Shown here one piece after another: positions 11,349 through 21,715 of a stretch of 46,111 nt of DNA (position 1 is its first letter; the number at the start of each line of letters is the position of its first letter). The position numbers and the translations under genes are program-made. Under the pieces are notes generated by a model. That model was given only the letters and a program-made list of their open reading frames with translations. It was not told where the DNA came from and did not search any database. This DNA comes from Macrostomum lignano. Its lineage: Eukaryota. The stretch is from assembly GCA_002269645.1 (NCBI GenBank), contig NIVC01004433.1:1-46111 (forward strand), in the 5' to 3' direction.

Positions 11349-11517
11349 TTGATCTGAATATGGAATAGTGGGTGAAAGCCGTCGCCTCAGTGCGGGTTTC
11401 ACCTGCTGGTTTTCAACCTCATTATCGAAGAAAGAAGGCAGATGGGAGACAGCGAATGAAGAGGGGAAGGAGAAGGCGGAGGCACATCTCATGGCCAGGA
11501 GTGCTTAACAGACTCAC

Positions 11518-11534
11518 CAGTTAAGCTGACTCCT
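11518..11534 (-). other. Putative 17-nt 5'-UTR micro-exon of G2
   Basis: ttacag|AGGAGTCAGCTTAACTG|gtgagt, conserved at 15798-15814 in G4. An acceptor TATTCAG sits just upstream of the ATG. Confidence 0.5.
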
Positions 11535-11638
11535 CTGTAATGTCTCCTAATTCGGAAAATTCAGTCCGCAGTCACACAGGAGGCAGGAGCTGCAAGCCTA
11601 TTATGTAAGTCCCGAGTCAGAAATTTGCAACAGCTGTG

Positions 11639-11652
11639 GTTGCCATGACAAT
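11639..11652. promoter_or_regulatory. RFX X-box-like motif (degenerate copy) upstream of G2
   Basis: GTTGCCATGACAAT, in the same conserved block as the GTCGCCATGGCAAC copies at 13325 and 15915. Confidence 0.35.
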
Positions 11653-12140
11653 CAGGCAGCTCTAGCTTTCAACAGGGGATGCCTCTCTCAGAGGCGGTGG
11701 GGATGGCCTTGCAGCTGACTGCAGCTCATTAATTTCTGGGTTTGAAGGCACTGGAGCCGGCTGGCTTGGATGGCGGAGGCGCAGCTGATGGCGGCAGAGG
11801 CCCACCTCCCTTCCTGCCGCACTGCGCAGGCGGCCTGTTGCAGCGCCGGCCATGATGCAGGCGTTACCTTGAAAACTGGAACCTGAATAAGAAGCCGCTT
11901 TTGTTTACCAATTGAGGTCTGCTTTTTTGCGACTCTTCTCTGACTAGTCTAAGATGCTCATAAAATTGTAATGAGACACTAGTTTAGCCTATTCAGCTGC
12001 CTTCCACTTCAGAAGGCCAAAAAAGGAAGGCCCCAGACGGAAGAAAGGAAAAAGGTAGCTACCAGGCCAGGTAGAGACCAGCCTAGCCATAAACACGGCA
12101 GAATCTGGTCTGGAGAGTGTACACAGATTCGATATTCTCT

Positions 12141-12915
12141 GCAGCTGGTAGCGTTGAACGACAGCTCCAGCCTGCGCGCTCACTTCAGGTGCTGCCTGGG
12201 CCGGAGCCACTGCAGGAAGTGCCGCAATGCGAGTGTGGGTGAGTCATTCTGTTAGACAAATTAAGCGTTACACCTGAAAAGCTGTTACCTCTGTCACCTT
12301 GCAGACAACCGCCAGTGACTGCTGGACCACCGTGCAGCACAGGGTGTCCGGCTCAGTGGACTTTTACCGCAACTGGACTCAGTACCAGAGCGAGTTCGGC
12401 GAGGGACCCGACGGAAACTACTGGATCGGTGAGTGCATCCCAGATCTGCTCCATTCGCTTCTTTTCCAACTCGGACTTCAATGACAAACACCGCCATGAC
12501 GTCCGCATCTTCCCAGGCCTGAACTCTCTCCACGCTCTCACTGCTTCTGGTCCTCGGAAGCTGAGGATCCTGATGAAGGCGTGGAACGACTCTGAGCACT
12601 GGGCCGAGTACTCCAGCTTCTCCGTGGGTCCCGAGTCGGACAACTACCGGCTGAGCGTGTCCGGCTTCTCCGGCAGCGCCGGCATCGGCGACTGTTGTCT
12701 AGTCGTCAGCAGTGGCATGCAGTTCAGTACGAAGGACGCAGATCACGACACCAACTCTGGGAGCTGCGTGAACACTCATTCTGGCGCCTGGTGGTTTGGC
12801 AGCTGCTTCGGCACTCACCCGAACGGACATCACAGAGATCTGCTACCATAGGCTCAGGTCATTATTAGGAGTCTTAAACTGGCTCTCAATACTCGCTGAG
12901 GAAGATTGCGATGCT
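12141..12915 (+). pseudogene. FReD locus G3 (inverted pseudogene); exon 1 remnant 12141-12238, exon 2 12305-12428, exon 3 from 12517
   Basis: 5' part of exon 1 is absent, and a 17-nt deletion between two GCGA tetramers shifts the frame. Exon 2 and intron 2 are nearly identical to G2/G4. Premature stop at 12851 after HPNGHHRDLLP, with degenerate TACTCGCTGAGGAAGATTGCGATGCTG (YSL..M) downstream. Confidence 0.88.
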
Positions 12916-13309
12916 GCCTCTGAAACACTGGCAATGAGCTGACTAAAATATTTTGTTGTAAACCAAAAAGACTAAGTGTGATTACAAGTTAAACTTTTTT
13001 ACTGACAATTTACATAATCATGGTTTCAAATGCACTTTGCATTCTACAATATTGGAGAGTACTTTTCCTGAGTTTAAATCTGAATTATCCTCTCATTGAG
13101 ACGGCAGAGCAGCTTAGCGGCAAACGCGTCTGACTCTCACGGCAAAGCACAGAGGGTGTCATGCGATTCACATCAAGGAGGGCCAGCCCCCGAGGCTCAG
13201 AGAGTGCACATGCCTGATGATTAGAAAATCGGGGCCGCTGTGTGTGTGAGTGCGGAATGGGGCCTCAACGCTAGGTTTTGGATGATGTCACTGAAGTCGC
13301 TTCACACAG

Positions 13310-13475
13310 GTGGTTATAGCTGCGGTCGCCATGGCAACCGGACAATGTAGCTTTCTACAGGGGATATCTCTCTCAGAGGCAGTGAGCCTTGAAACTGACT
13401 GCAGCTCATTGATATCAGAGCGGCTGCGTCTTGGAAGCCGAATCCAGCTGATGGTGGCAGAGCTGCTGCATTTGC
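13310..13475. repeat. Orphan third copy of the conserved upstream block of G2/G4, containing an X-box at 13325-13338
   Basis: GTCGCCATGGCAACC...GCTTT..ACAGGGGAT..CTCTCTCAGAGGC...CTGACTGCAGCTCATT...CAGCTGATG matches 11635-11800 and 15910-16095. Confidence 0.75.
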
Positions 13476-13725
13476 TGCGAGCGGCACCATGCCCTCCCGC
13501 TAGACTTTGCATGCGAACAGTTGCCCTGGCCCGAAGCTGCAACTGCTGCCCACATCGGACTCTGGCTGCAGCGGCGGGAGGCTGTGCCAGGCCTCGCTGT
13601 TGTCGCTCTTTGGAGGCGTCTCTGCGACTGCGCCAGGTCCCCGAAAAACCGCTGGGAGCGGCGGGCGTTGGGGCCGGCGGACTCGAGTGCCTTGATTTGG
13701 AATTTTATGCCAGCAAACAGGTGGG

Positions 13726-13945
13726 CTGAGATTGGATTGGGGTGAGATTGGATTAGGGTGAGATTGGATTGTGGTGGGATTGGATTAGGGTGAGATGCGG
13801 TTGGGTGAGATTTAATTGGGGTGATATTGGACTGGGGTGACATTGGGTTGGGGCATTATTGGACTGGGGTGAGATTGGTCTGGTTGATATTGGATTGATC
13901 GGATTGATTGGGGTTCGATTAGATCTGAATTGGGGTGGGATTAGA
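13726..13945. repeat. Degenerate G-rich simple repeat (GGTGAGATTGGATTG-like)
   Basis: Repeated GATTGG/GGGGTGAGA pentamer and 15-mer units. Confidence 0.8.
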
Positions 13946-14579
13946 ATCGTGTTGTGGATCAAGCTTGCAGGCTGATAGCAGCGGTTCTGCTTTATCTGAA
14001 ACCAAGTGCACTTTTATTAGCAAAAGCCGGGACCTTTGAAGCAGACGAATATACCGGTACTGTGCATGAAAACGTAAAAAATACAAATTAAGCTTAAGCT
14101 TCAAATAAATAAGTTTGAAACTCAATGATTACTTCTGTGACTAAGGCACCTCTGTGAGCAGATGTGACGAAATTAAACTTCTTAGTTTGATGCACGCAAT
14201 AAAATTGCTCACGGGCAAAATCTTGAAGCCTCGGGCTGAGAGCGCCTGAGTGGAAAGAGAATTGGAACTTTTCGGTGAGTAGCTCTCTGTTTCCTGACAA
14301 GCCGATGCTTTCCCAAAATTTCGAATACCATGCCGTGCAGTTTATTAAGGAAATGAAAGTCACAGTCCATCGCCACTGTATGCAGAGTGAATTTTTACCG
14401 TGTATTTCCACCATCAATTCCGAGCGCTTCATCTAACAGATTTCTTTGTGTTGCAATAAAATATTTCAGTTTGGATAAAATTTCGAAAATCTCAAAGTTG
14501 CTTCAAAACTGATTGAGCGCTCGATATTGCAAGTTGCAGCAGCCATCTCCTATGCTCGTTTCCTATCACGCTGGTGCTG

Positions 14580-15629
14580 CTACAGAAGCAGCATCTCGAT
14601 CTCCTTCAGTGAGTAGTAGTAGCCAAAAGTTTTCCTCCAAATGACTCCCTCTGCAAAAGCACCTCCAATGGCAGCAGATGGGTCTTTGTACTCTCCGTTC
14701 GGGTGGGCGCAGTGACAGTGGGTAAACCACCAGGCACCTTTATTATTTGTTGCGCAGTTGCCAGTGCTGGTGTCGTGATCGGCGTCCTTCGTGCTGAACT
14801 GCATGCCGCTGTGATGCGTCAAACAGTCGCCGATGCCGGCGCTGCCGGAGAAGCCGGACACGCTCAGCTGGTAGTTGTCCGACTCGGGACCCACGGAGAA
14901 GCTGGAGTACTCGGCCCAGTGCTCAGAGTCGTTCCACGCCTTCATCAGGATCCTCAGCTTCCGAGGACTAGAAGCAGTGAGAGCGTGGAGAGAGTTCAGG
15001 CCTGGGAAGATGCAGACGTCATGGCGGTGTTTGTCATTGAAGTCCGAGTTGGAAAAGGAAGCGAATGGAGCAGATCTGGGATGCACTCACCGATCCAGTA
15101 GTTTCCGTCGGGTCCCTCGCCGAACTCGCTCTGGTACTGAGTCCAGTTGCGGTAAAAGTCCACTGAGCCGGACACCCTGTGCTGCACGGTGGTCCAGCAG
15201 TCACTGCCGGCTGTCTGCAAGGTGACACAACAGGTGTTTCAGCTTTTCCGCTCTGCGTTAAAGTGTGGTAGTAATGCTGACGTGTCTAACAAAGTGACTC
15301 ACCCACACTCCCTGAGCTCCCTTGTTCGCATTGCGGCACTTCCTGCAGTGGCTCAGGCCCAGGTGACACCTGAAGTGAGCGCACAGGCCGGAGCTGGCGT
15401 TGAACGCCACGAGCTGCACAGCGGAGTCGCTGTTGGCAGGGACAATGCATTCGGGCTCATTCTGGACCGAGTGCGACCTCACGGCCTCGTAGTCGGAGAG
15501 GCTCTCAAGACTCGACCACCACAGTCGTCCAGAAGAGAAGGCGGCAGCGGCTTCGGTCACGTGGTGCGGGACTGCAGCGAGCAGCAGCAGCAGCAGCAGA
15601 GTCACTTGACGACCGGGTTGAAGCTGCAT
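14580..15629 (-). CDS. FReD locus G4: secreted PAN/apple-like + fibrinogen C-terminal domain protein, 290 aa, intact; exons 15629-15303, 15214-15091, 15001-14580
   Basis: Signal peptide [27 protein letters not shown]. 327+124+422 = 873 nt open CDS with GT-AG introns. FBG motifs [22 protein letters not shown]...[16 protein letters not shown]....[21 protein letters not shown]. Confidence 0.92.
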
Positions 15630-15797
15630 TTGATCTGAATGTGGAGTAGTGGGTGAAAGCTGTCACCTTACTGCGGATTTCGCCTGCTGGTTTTCCACCT
15701 CATTATCGGAGGAAGAGGGCAGATGGGACACAGCAGATGTAGAGGGCGGAAGGAGACGGCAGAGGCCCAGCTCATGCCCCGTGCTCAACAGACTCAC

Positions 15798-15814
15798 CAG
15801 TTTAGCTGACTTTT
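15798..15814 (-). other. Putative 17-nt 5'-UTR micro-exon of G4
   Basis: ttacag|AAAAGTCAGCTAAACTG|gtgagt, homologous to 11518-11534. Confidence 0.5.
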
Positions 15815-15914
15815 CTGTAATTCCTTTAAATAAAAAAATTCAGTACGCAGTCACACATTGCAGATGCTGCAGGCCAAAATGAAAGCCCCGAGTCAGAAAT
15901 ATGCAACAGCTGAG

Positions 15915-15928
15915 GTCGCCATGGCAAC
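15915..15928. promoter_or_regulatory. RFX X-box-like motif upstream of G4
   Basis: GTCGCCATGGCAAC fits the X-box consensus GTNRCC-N(0-3)-RGYAAC; it lies 286 bp upstream of the ATG. Confidence 0.45.
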
Positions 15929-16665
15929 CAGGCAGCTCTGGCTTTTAACAGGGGATGCCTCTCTTAGAGGCGGTGGGGATGGCCTTGCAGCTGACTGCAG
16001 CTCATTAATTTCTGGGCCAGAAGGCGCTGGAGCCGGCCGGTTTGAATGGCGGAGGCGCAGCTGATGACGACAGGCGGCAGAGCCGCTGCATTTGCAGCTC
16101 AGCTGATTGCTTACCCCCCACCTTCCTTTCCGCCGGACGGCGTATGCGGGCTGTGAGAACGCAGCTCAGGTAATACAAGTGTTACCATGAAAACTGGAAC
16201 CAACTTTTAGGCTTGTGTGCCCAAATTGCGACTGTTCTCGTCTTCCCATGCTGGATTAGTCTAAGATGGTCATGAAATGGTAATGAGCCACCAGTTTAGC
16301 CTGCTGTGAGTCTCACTTACATTCAACTGGCTCCTGTCTCCACACTTCAGTGATACAAAAAAGGAAGGCCCCATACGGAAGAAAAGGAGAAAGAAAGGTA
16401 GCTACGGGCTTGGCCTACAGACCGGGCTGGCCCTACAAGACACGAAAGAAGCTGGTCTGGAGAATGCAAACAGAAGAGAAGCAAAGTTTGGGGATGGGAA
16501 TAGCGTATTTAGAGCTTTCTGGATTGGATGTTCTACTGCTCAATTATATCCCCATCAACGAACCGAGTAATGGAGCTAAGTAAGTAAGATTTGGTCGAGA
16601 GAGCCAATCACAGACAGTGCAGTGAGAGCTCTCATCCACCATTCGATAGCCCGTATTCAGCTGAG

Positions 16666-17155
16666 ATGCAGCTCCAACTCGCTAGTCAAGCCGCTTTGCT
16701 GCTGCTCGCGACTATCCGGCAACAAGTGACCCCGCTGTGCAGCTGGTGGCGTTCCAGCTCCGGCCTGCGCGCTCACTTCAGGTGTCGCCTGGGCCTGAGC
16801 CACTGCAGGAAGTGCCGCAATGCGAACAAGGGAGCTCAGCGAGTGTGGGTGAGGCACTCAGTCAGATGTGTCAGCATCACAGCCACGCTTTAACGCAGAA
16901 CAGAAAAGCTGGCACACCTGTTGTGTCACCTTGCAGACAGCCCACAGTGACTGCTGGACCACCGTGCAGCACAGGGTGTCCGGCTCAGTGGACTTTTACC
17001 GCATCTGTACTTAGTACAGGACAGAGAGCTCCAGCTTCTCTGTGGGTCCGTGAGTCCGACAAATACCGGCTGACCGTGCCCGGCTTCTCTTTCAGCGCCG
17101 GCACCGGCGACTGTCTTTCTGTTAACAACGATATGCAGTTCAGTGCGAACTGCAG
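16666..17155 (+). pseudogene. FReD locus G5 (inverted, multiply deleted pseudogene)
   Basis: Starts ATG CAG CTC CAA (MQLQLASQAALLLLA). Internal deletion in exon 1, retained [22 protein letters not shown] and donor at 16849, acceptor at 16936. Exon 2 breaks off after GACTTTTACCGCA and resumes in exon 3 at CTCCAGCTTCTCTGTGGGTCC; no C-terminus. Confidence 0.87.
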
Positions 17156-17292
17156 GTGTTCTCAGTACAGAAGCCAACGAGAATAATTAGCAAAGAGAAC
17201 GATTCTCTATCGCCCCAATACGAACAGCCTCTCTCATGAGCTTGTAGCGTACGCCACCACTCAAGCATTTTGCTCCCTAATAGTCTCTCCCC

Positions 17293-18050
17293 AAGGACTA
17301 CTCAAGTAACATATATATAGGACGCAGCACTCGAAATCTATGGTAAATGTAATGAAGGCCACTTTTCGCCGAAAAATACACTACAGAGATAGGAGGTTTT
17401 AGTTTTTTTCAGCACAAAAATTGTTATTGCTTTTGATAGGAGGCAGATCCAGTGTTCATCTTTTGATATGTTGTGCCTTTCTTATTGTTCTATCGATATT
17501 CATAAAGCTTTTTGTTCAGAAATAGTTTTAAAGGCAGGTTTCACTGGAAGAATACACTACGGAGATAGGGAATTTAACGATTTTCAACACTAAAACAGTG
17601 ATTGGGTCTCTTAACACTGTCAGAGAAAGTTCTCTGACATGGAAAAATTGGAAAAAACTTTTAAAATAATGACAAGATCAATTTAACATGAAAAATCGAT
17701 TAATGCGTCGTTAGAGCAGCATGTGAGGCACAAAATAGTGTGATAAGATCGAACTTTCTCTGACACTGTTAAGAGACCCAGACACTGTTTTGGTGTTGAA
17801 AATCGTGAAATTTCCTATCTCCGTAGTGTATTTTTCAGGCGAAGCCTGCCTTTAAAACGAAAAGCTTTATGAATATCGATAGAGAAATAAGAAAGGCACA
17901 ACATATCAAAAGATGAACACTGCATCTGCCTCCTATCAAAAGCAATAACAATTTTTGTGCTGAAAAAAACCTATCTCTGTAGTGTATTTTTCGGCGAAAA
18001 GTTGCCTTCAAAACATTTGTCATAGATTTCGAGTGTTGCGTCCTTCTACT
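17293..18050. mobile_element. Foldback/MITE-like element: about 310-bp inverted arms around a 120-bp spacer
   Basis: GGACGCAGCACTCGAAATCTATG (17320) pairs with CATAGATTTCGAGTGTTGCGTCC (18021-18043). Inner ends TGTCAGAGAAAGTT (17618-17631) and AACTTTCTCTGACA (17752-17765). No coding capacity; related arms at 8021 and 9265. Confidence 0.8.
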
Positions 18051-18431
18051 TTTGTTGTCCCTGTTCTCCCTGTGTGTTTCTAGAGCTTTCATTCCAATAA
18101 TTAAGCCCTGTGCTCGACACTTAGAGCCTTAGATAGAACAAAGTTCTGATCAAACTCGTAGGCCACTTGTCTCCAGACACTTTCTCCCTGGGCGGATACT
18201 TAGCACCTTTTACATACTTAGTATAATTATACAAATCAAAATTGATTCTCTTTCCAAAGAGCTTAAAACAGTTATATAAGGTTTTGGCTGCGAGACAGTT
18301 GTAACGCCTGACTTCAAGCCAATCGAGGATTTTGTAGCTCGGCTGCTGCATTAAGTGATAGAGAGACTGAAGGTCATAAATAAAGCTGAGACAGTATGTG
18401 TGATTTGTCCTCTGTGACATGTACCACAGTT

Positions 18432-18897
18432 TCAATCGTACTTTTTCGTACCTGTGTTTATTTTTTCATGCCAAACCAGTGAAAATTGTGATAGAACTAC
18501 TGAACTCACCTGCACGAAGGTAGACCTGCCGGTACACGGAGATTCGCCGGAACCCCCCGCAGACTTGGGCAGAGTTGCATGTTGCAGTTCATGTTGCAGT
18601 CGCTGTCGGCAGCCTGGCCGTGGGTGCCATACGAGTTTCCCCTGAAGCATTGAGTTGAATGCCAAAGTACTCGAAGTTTCCATAGGCGCACATCTCGCTG
18701 CACAGTTCCAGAGTCATGTTGCCGAGGACGAATGACTCGGACACCGAGTAGGGCCCGATGGTGGACCTGCCTTCGAGTCCGGCCAAGTCTCGAGTTTCCC
18801 CGTCCACGAAGCAGCCCACCGGGCCGAATTCGGCGCCCAGTGAGCAGTCGAAAGCGACGCAGCAGCAGAGAAGCGGCAGAATTGATGAGGCCTGCAT
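18432..18897 (-). pseudogene. Secreted single-WSC-domain gene W1, two frameshifts; exon 18897-18510, probable short last exon 18451-18432
   Basis: Signal MQASSILPLLCCCVAFDCSLG, then GCFVD...RDL...MTLELCSEMC....YFGIQ / TQCF.GNSYGTHGQAADSDCNMNC / NSAQVCGGFRRISVYR. This is the WSC Cys pattern split over three frames. Confidence 0.8.
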
Positions 18898-21618
18898 TGT
18901 CAGCGGCTGTGCAGATGAGGCTTGTGGCTTTTGTCTCTTGCTACCTGCTTAGACTGTGGGGTTTATTAGTTTTCCAAATCATCGGTTGGGAGGGTAGTCT
19001 CGGAAACGGGGCTGCTCAGTTTTTTTTAAATTGTTAAGTGTGTTGCGACACTGCAAACTGTTTACTGAGGGAGGTGGCTGGCAGAATCTGTGCTGCATAA
19101 CTGCTCCCTCCATCGGTTGGGGTGGCGGGCTCGGCAATCGGGATTTATAATAGTTTATTTAGCATTTTTAGCTAAAAGTGTGTTGGCAAAGCGACACTGT
19201 AAACAGTTTACTGGGGGCGGCCTGCAGAATCTGAGCTGCATCACTGCTCCCACCAGCGCCTGCTTCTGCCACATCGTAGGAGGTATCCCAGTGTGACGTT
19301 CGATTTTATTTTTAGATACTCGTAGTTGTGCATGAATTTTCATTCGTTTTTATTTCAAAGCGAAGCCTTCCATTGTTTTTTCCCCGAGTCTCAAATATCT
19401 GCTTTTTTCTGCTGTTTTCGATAGCACACGCATGTACGCTTTCGATTCTTGATTCGATTTGTTTTCCTTTGGATTTGATTCATGGACTAAACTCTGCATT
19501 CTATTGGGAGTATTTCAGTGGAATAGGTTTGCAGGACCCTGCCGATTTTTCCCATTTTTCTTGGAAAAATTATATCCCATTTTTTGCTCTCTTGCAATCT
19601 TTGGAAGAGCAACTTGGGAGCTTTCTGACTTACTAAAAGGGCTGGTCGAATAAACGGGCCCGGCTCGGTACGCTTTCTTCAAATCGATCTTAGCCTTGAA
19701 ATAAAGTCGCTAATCGTCCAAAACACGATCTGCTAAGTAACAGTGATGTGTGAATTCCCGCTGTTGCCTTCCGGAGTGCTACAGTTGTGAATGAGCCGAA
19801 CCATGTCATCCGTCTTCTGGAAGTCACTTTCGTGTGTCTCTCCGTGACGCGGAAGCAGTGGCACAACTCGATCTCGCGTTCGAGCTGCTTCTCGGCCTTA
19901 CTCTCGTTTAGTTTGCAACTCCGTGTTTATCCGAGTTCGAGAATTGTGACTCATCCAAAGTCAACTGGAGTCCGTCACCCCGTCACCCCGCTGCCCTCTA
20001 GTTTTTGTTGTAGTTATCCCGCCGGTTCCATGGCGGGCCTCCGCGTGGTTCCTTGGTTGCCCCTTTAAATTCGTTAGTCAAACGTCTTTAAACAAGCAAA
20101 GGCCATTGTTTCTCTCGCTCTGTCTCGAATATCTGTTGTTTCTTAGACTGCTTTTGATAGCACAAGCATGCACGCTTTCGATTCTCAATCTATTCTTTCT
20201 GTCATGATTAGAAAGCAGAAAAATCTAAAAAAACAGAAAACAGAATCATCTATGAATGAAAAACATAGAAAAGTGAGAATTATTTGCATTAAGAAAGATT
20301 AGGATAATAAAAGCAAAATTTGCTTCCCTTTCAAACATTGCTATCTAACTTTGCTTCTCACTTTCTTTAATTACGAGCTACATAATATTGGCTTATTAGA
20401 CTTAAAAAATTACTAACTGTTGTCTGCAAGGAGGCGCTATTGAACCGGAAGTGTCCCAGCGTTTGGCAAGCTGTCGTCTGAGAACAGATGAAAGGCGCTC
20501 AGGAAGCCAAAGCCTGTCCGCTGTCCTGTCCAAAAGAGTCGTTGCACACAACTCTCAGGTCACTACGAGCTCTTGTGACTCTGGGACGACTCTTGTGACT
20601 TTTTAACGACTCAGACGCGTCTAATATGGCGGAGAGATGACTGTTGCACAACAATCGCCTCACGTTTAATACAGCTAATGAGCTAGAATAGTAAAAGAAT
20701 CGCGAAAAGTCGTTCAAGAATCGTTGTTTAAATTTCTACTAACTCATTAGGCTCATTAGGCTATTTAGAGTGAAATTATAATGCCAATCAAAGAACGAAC
20801 TCAATGTGTGACTTGCAAAGCTCAGCAAATTCAATTTATTAAATAGACTTCACGGTAGACTTTCCTCCCTAGATACAGTAGAATTGGCGGCAACTTCGAC
20901 ATTAAATACCTCTCCGAAACAAATCAATGCTGAGAAGCGATTTTTACTTCGTTTGCCATTGGAGGATTCTTCAACGTGCAAGGATGCGCGGTGGGGAACA
21001 GTGGAGAAAGTCAACTTAAGCTCATAAAGTGGAGCCCGGGTAACCTATGTACACAAATGATGCGTCATTCTGCTCACAGTGACACCAGAAAGCTGGGTTG
21101 GCGAAAAGCGAAAAATATTGGACTTGAGAGAACAATCAAGAAGATAATTTGGGAATTATTATGTCAAATTAAGCTCATAAAGTAGAGTTTTTAATTATCC
21201 CCTTGCTTGTTCTCCCTTATCTCAAGTCCAATTTTCGACGTTCTCGTTGGGGTTGCCGAACAAGGCGAACTTGTGAGACAAGGGCGATCGCGAGAGCTGC
21301 ACAGGTGGAGGAAAATGAGGGGGAGGCTTCTTGGTTCTACAAGGCTTTCTGAGCGGGATGCAAACTTGAGGTGACGCACAAGCAGTGTTATTGAGCGGCG
21401 CACCAGTCGCGGCGAGTTTTGCTGCACCGATAGAACTTCTTCGATTTTTTTTATTTTAAATTAAAATTTTTACATACCAACCAAGAATAAGTTAATAAAA
21501 CTTGTCTTGCAGCAACAATTTTTTAATTGAATTCCTCCATTGAGTCGGAAAGTTGCAAGCAGTTAATGCTATCACAACAAAATTCCTAAAGTTAAAAAGA
21601 AAAATTTTTCTCGAAGAC

Positions 21619-21625
21619 TATAAAA
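21619..21625 (+). promoter_or_regulatory. TATA box of WSC gene W2
   Basis: TATAAAA about 95 bp upstream of the ATG at 21716. Confidence 0.45.
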
Positions 21626-21715
21626 TTAAATGCTCGATCGAGATCGACTATTCGAAAGCTGAGCGATCTCTCAAAAATTGAACCTTTGCTACTGAAAAGG
21701 CGCACAACCTGCAAC

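Noticed and set aside
10729-15090. Intron 2 retention as a programmed alternative isoform
   Set aside because: Intron lengths of 88, 88, 89 and 77 nt are not multiples of 3, so retention shifts the frame; the stop-free read-through in one frame is not conserved in G6.
10502-15638. Antisense ORFs over FReD exons (10502-10951, 14703-15101, 15189-15638 and similar)
   Set aside because: These are shadow ORFs of GC-rich codon usage and are duplicated only because the genes are.
18975-20200. Short local duplications (about 19040-19140 vs 19180-19255; about 19370-19460 vs 20120-20195)
   Set aside because: Real but short, diverged and without termini or coding signal; treated as decayed repeat fragments.
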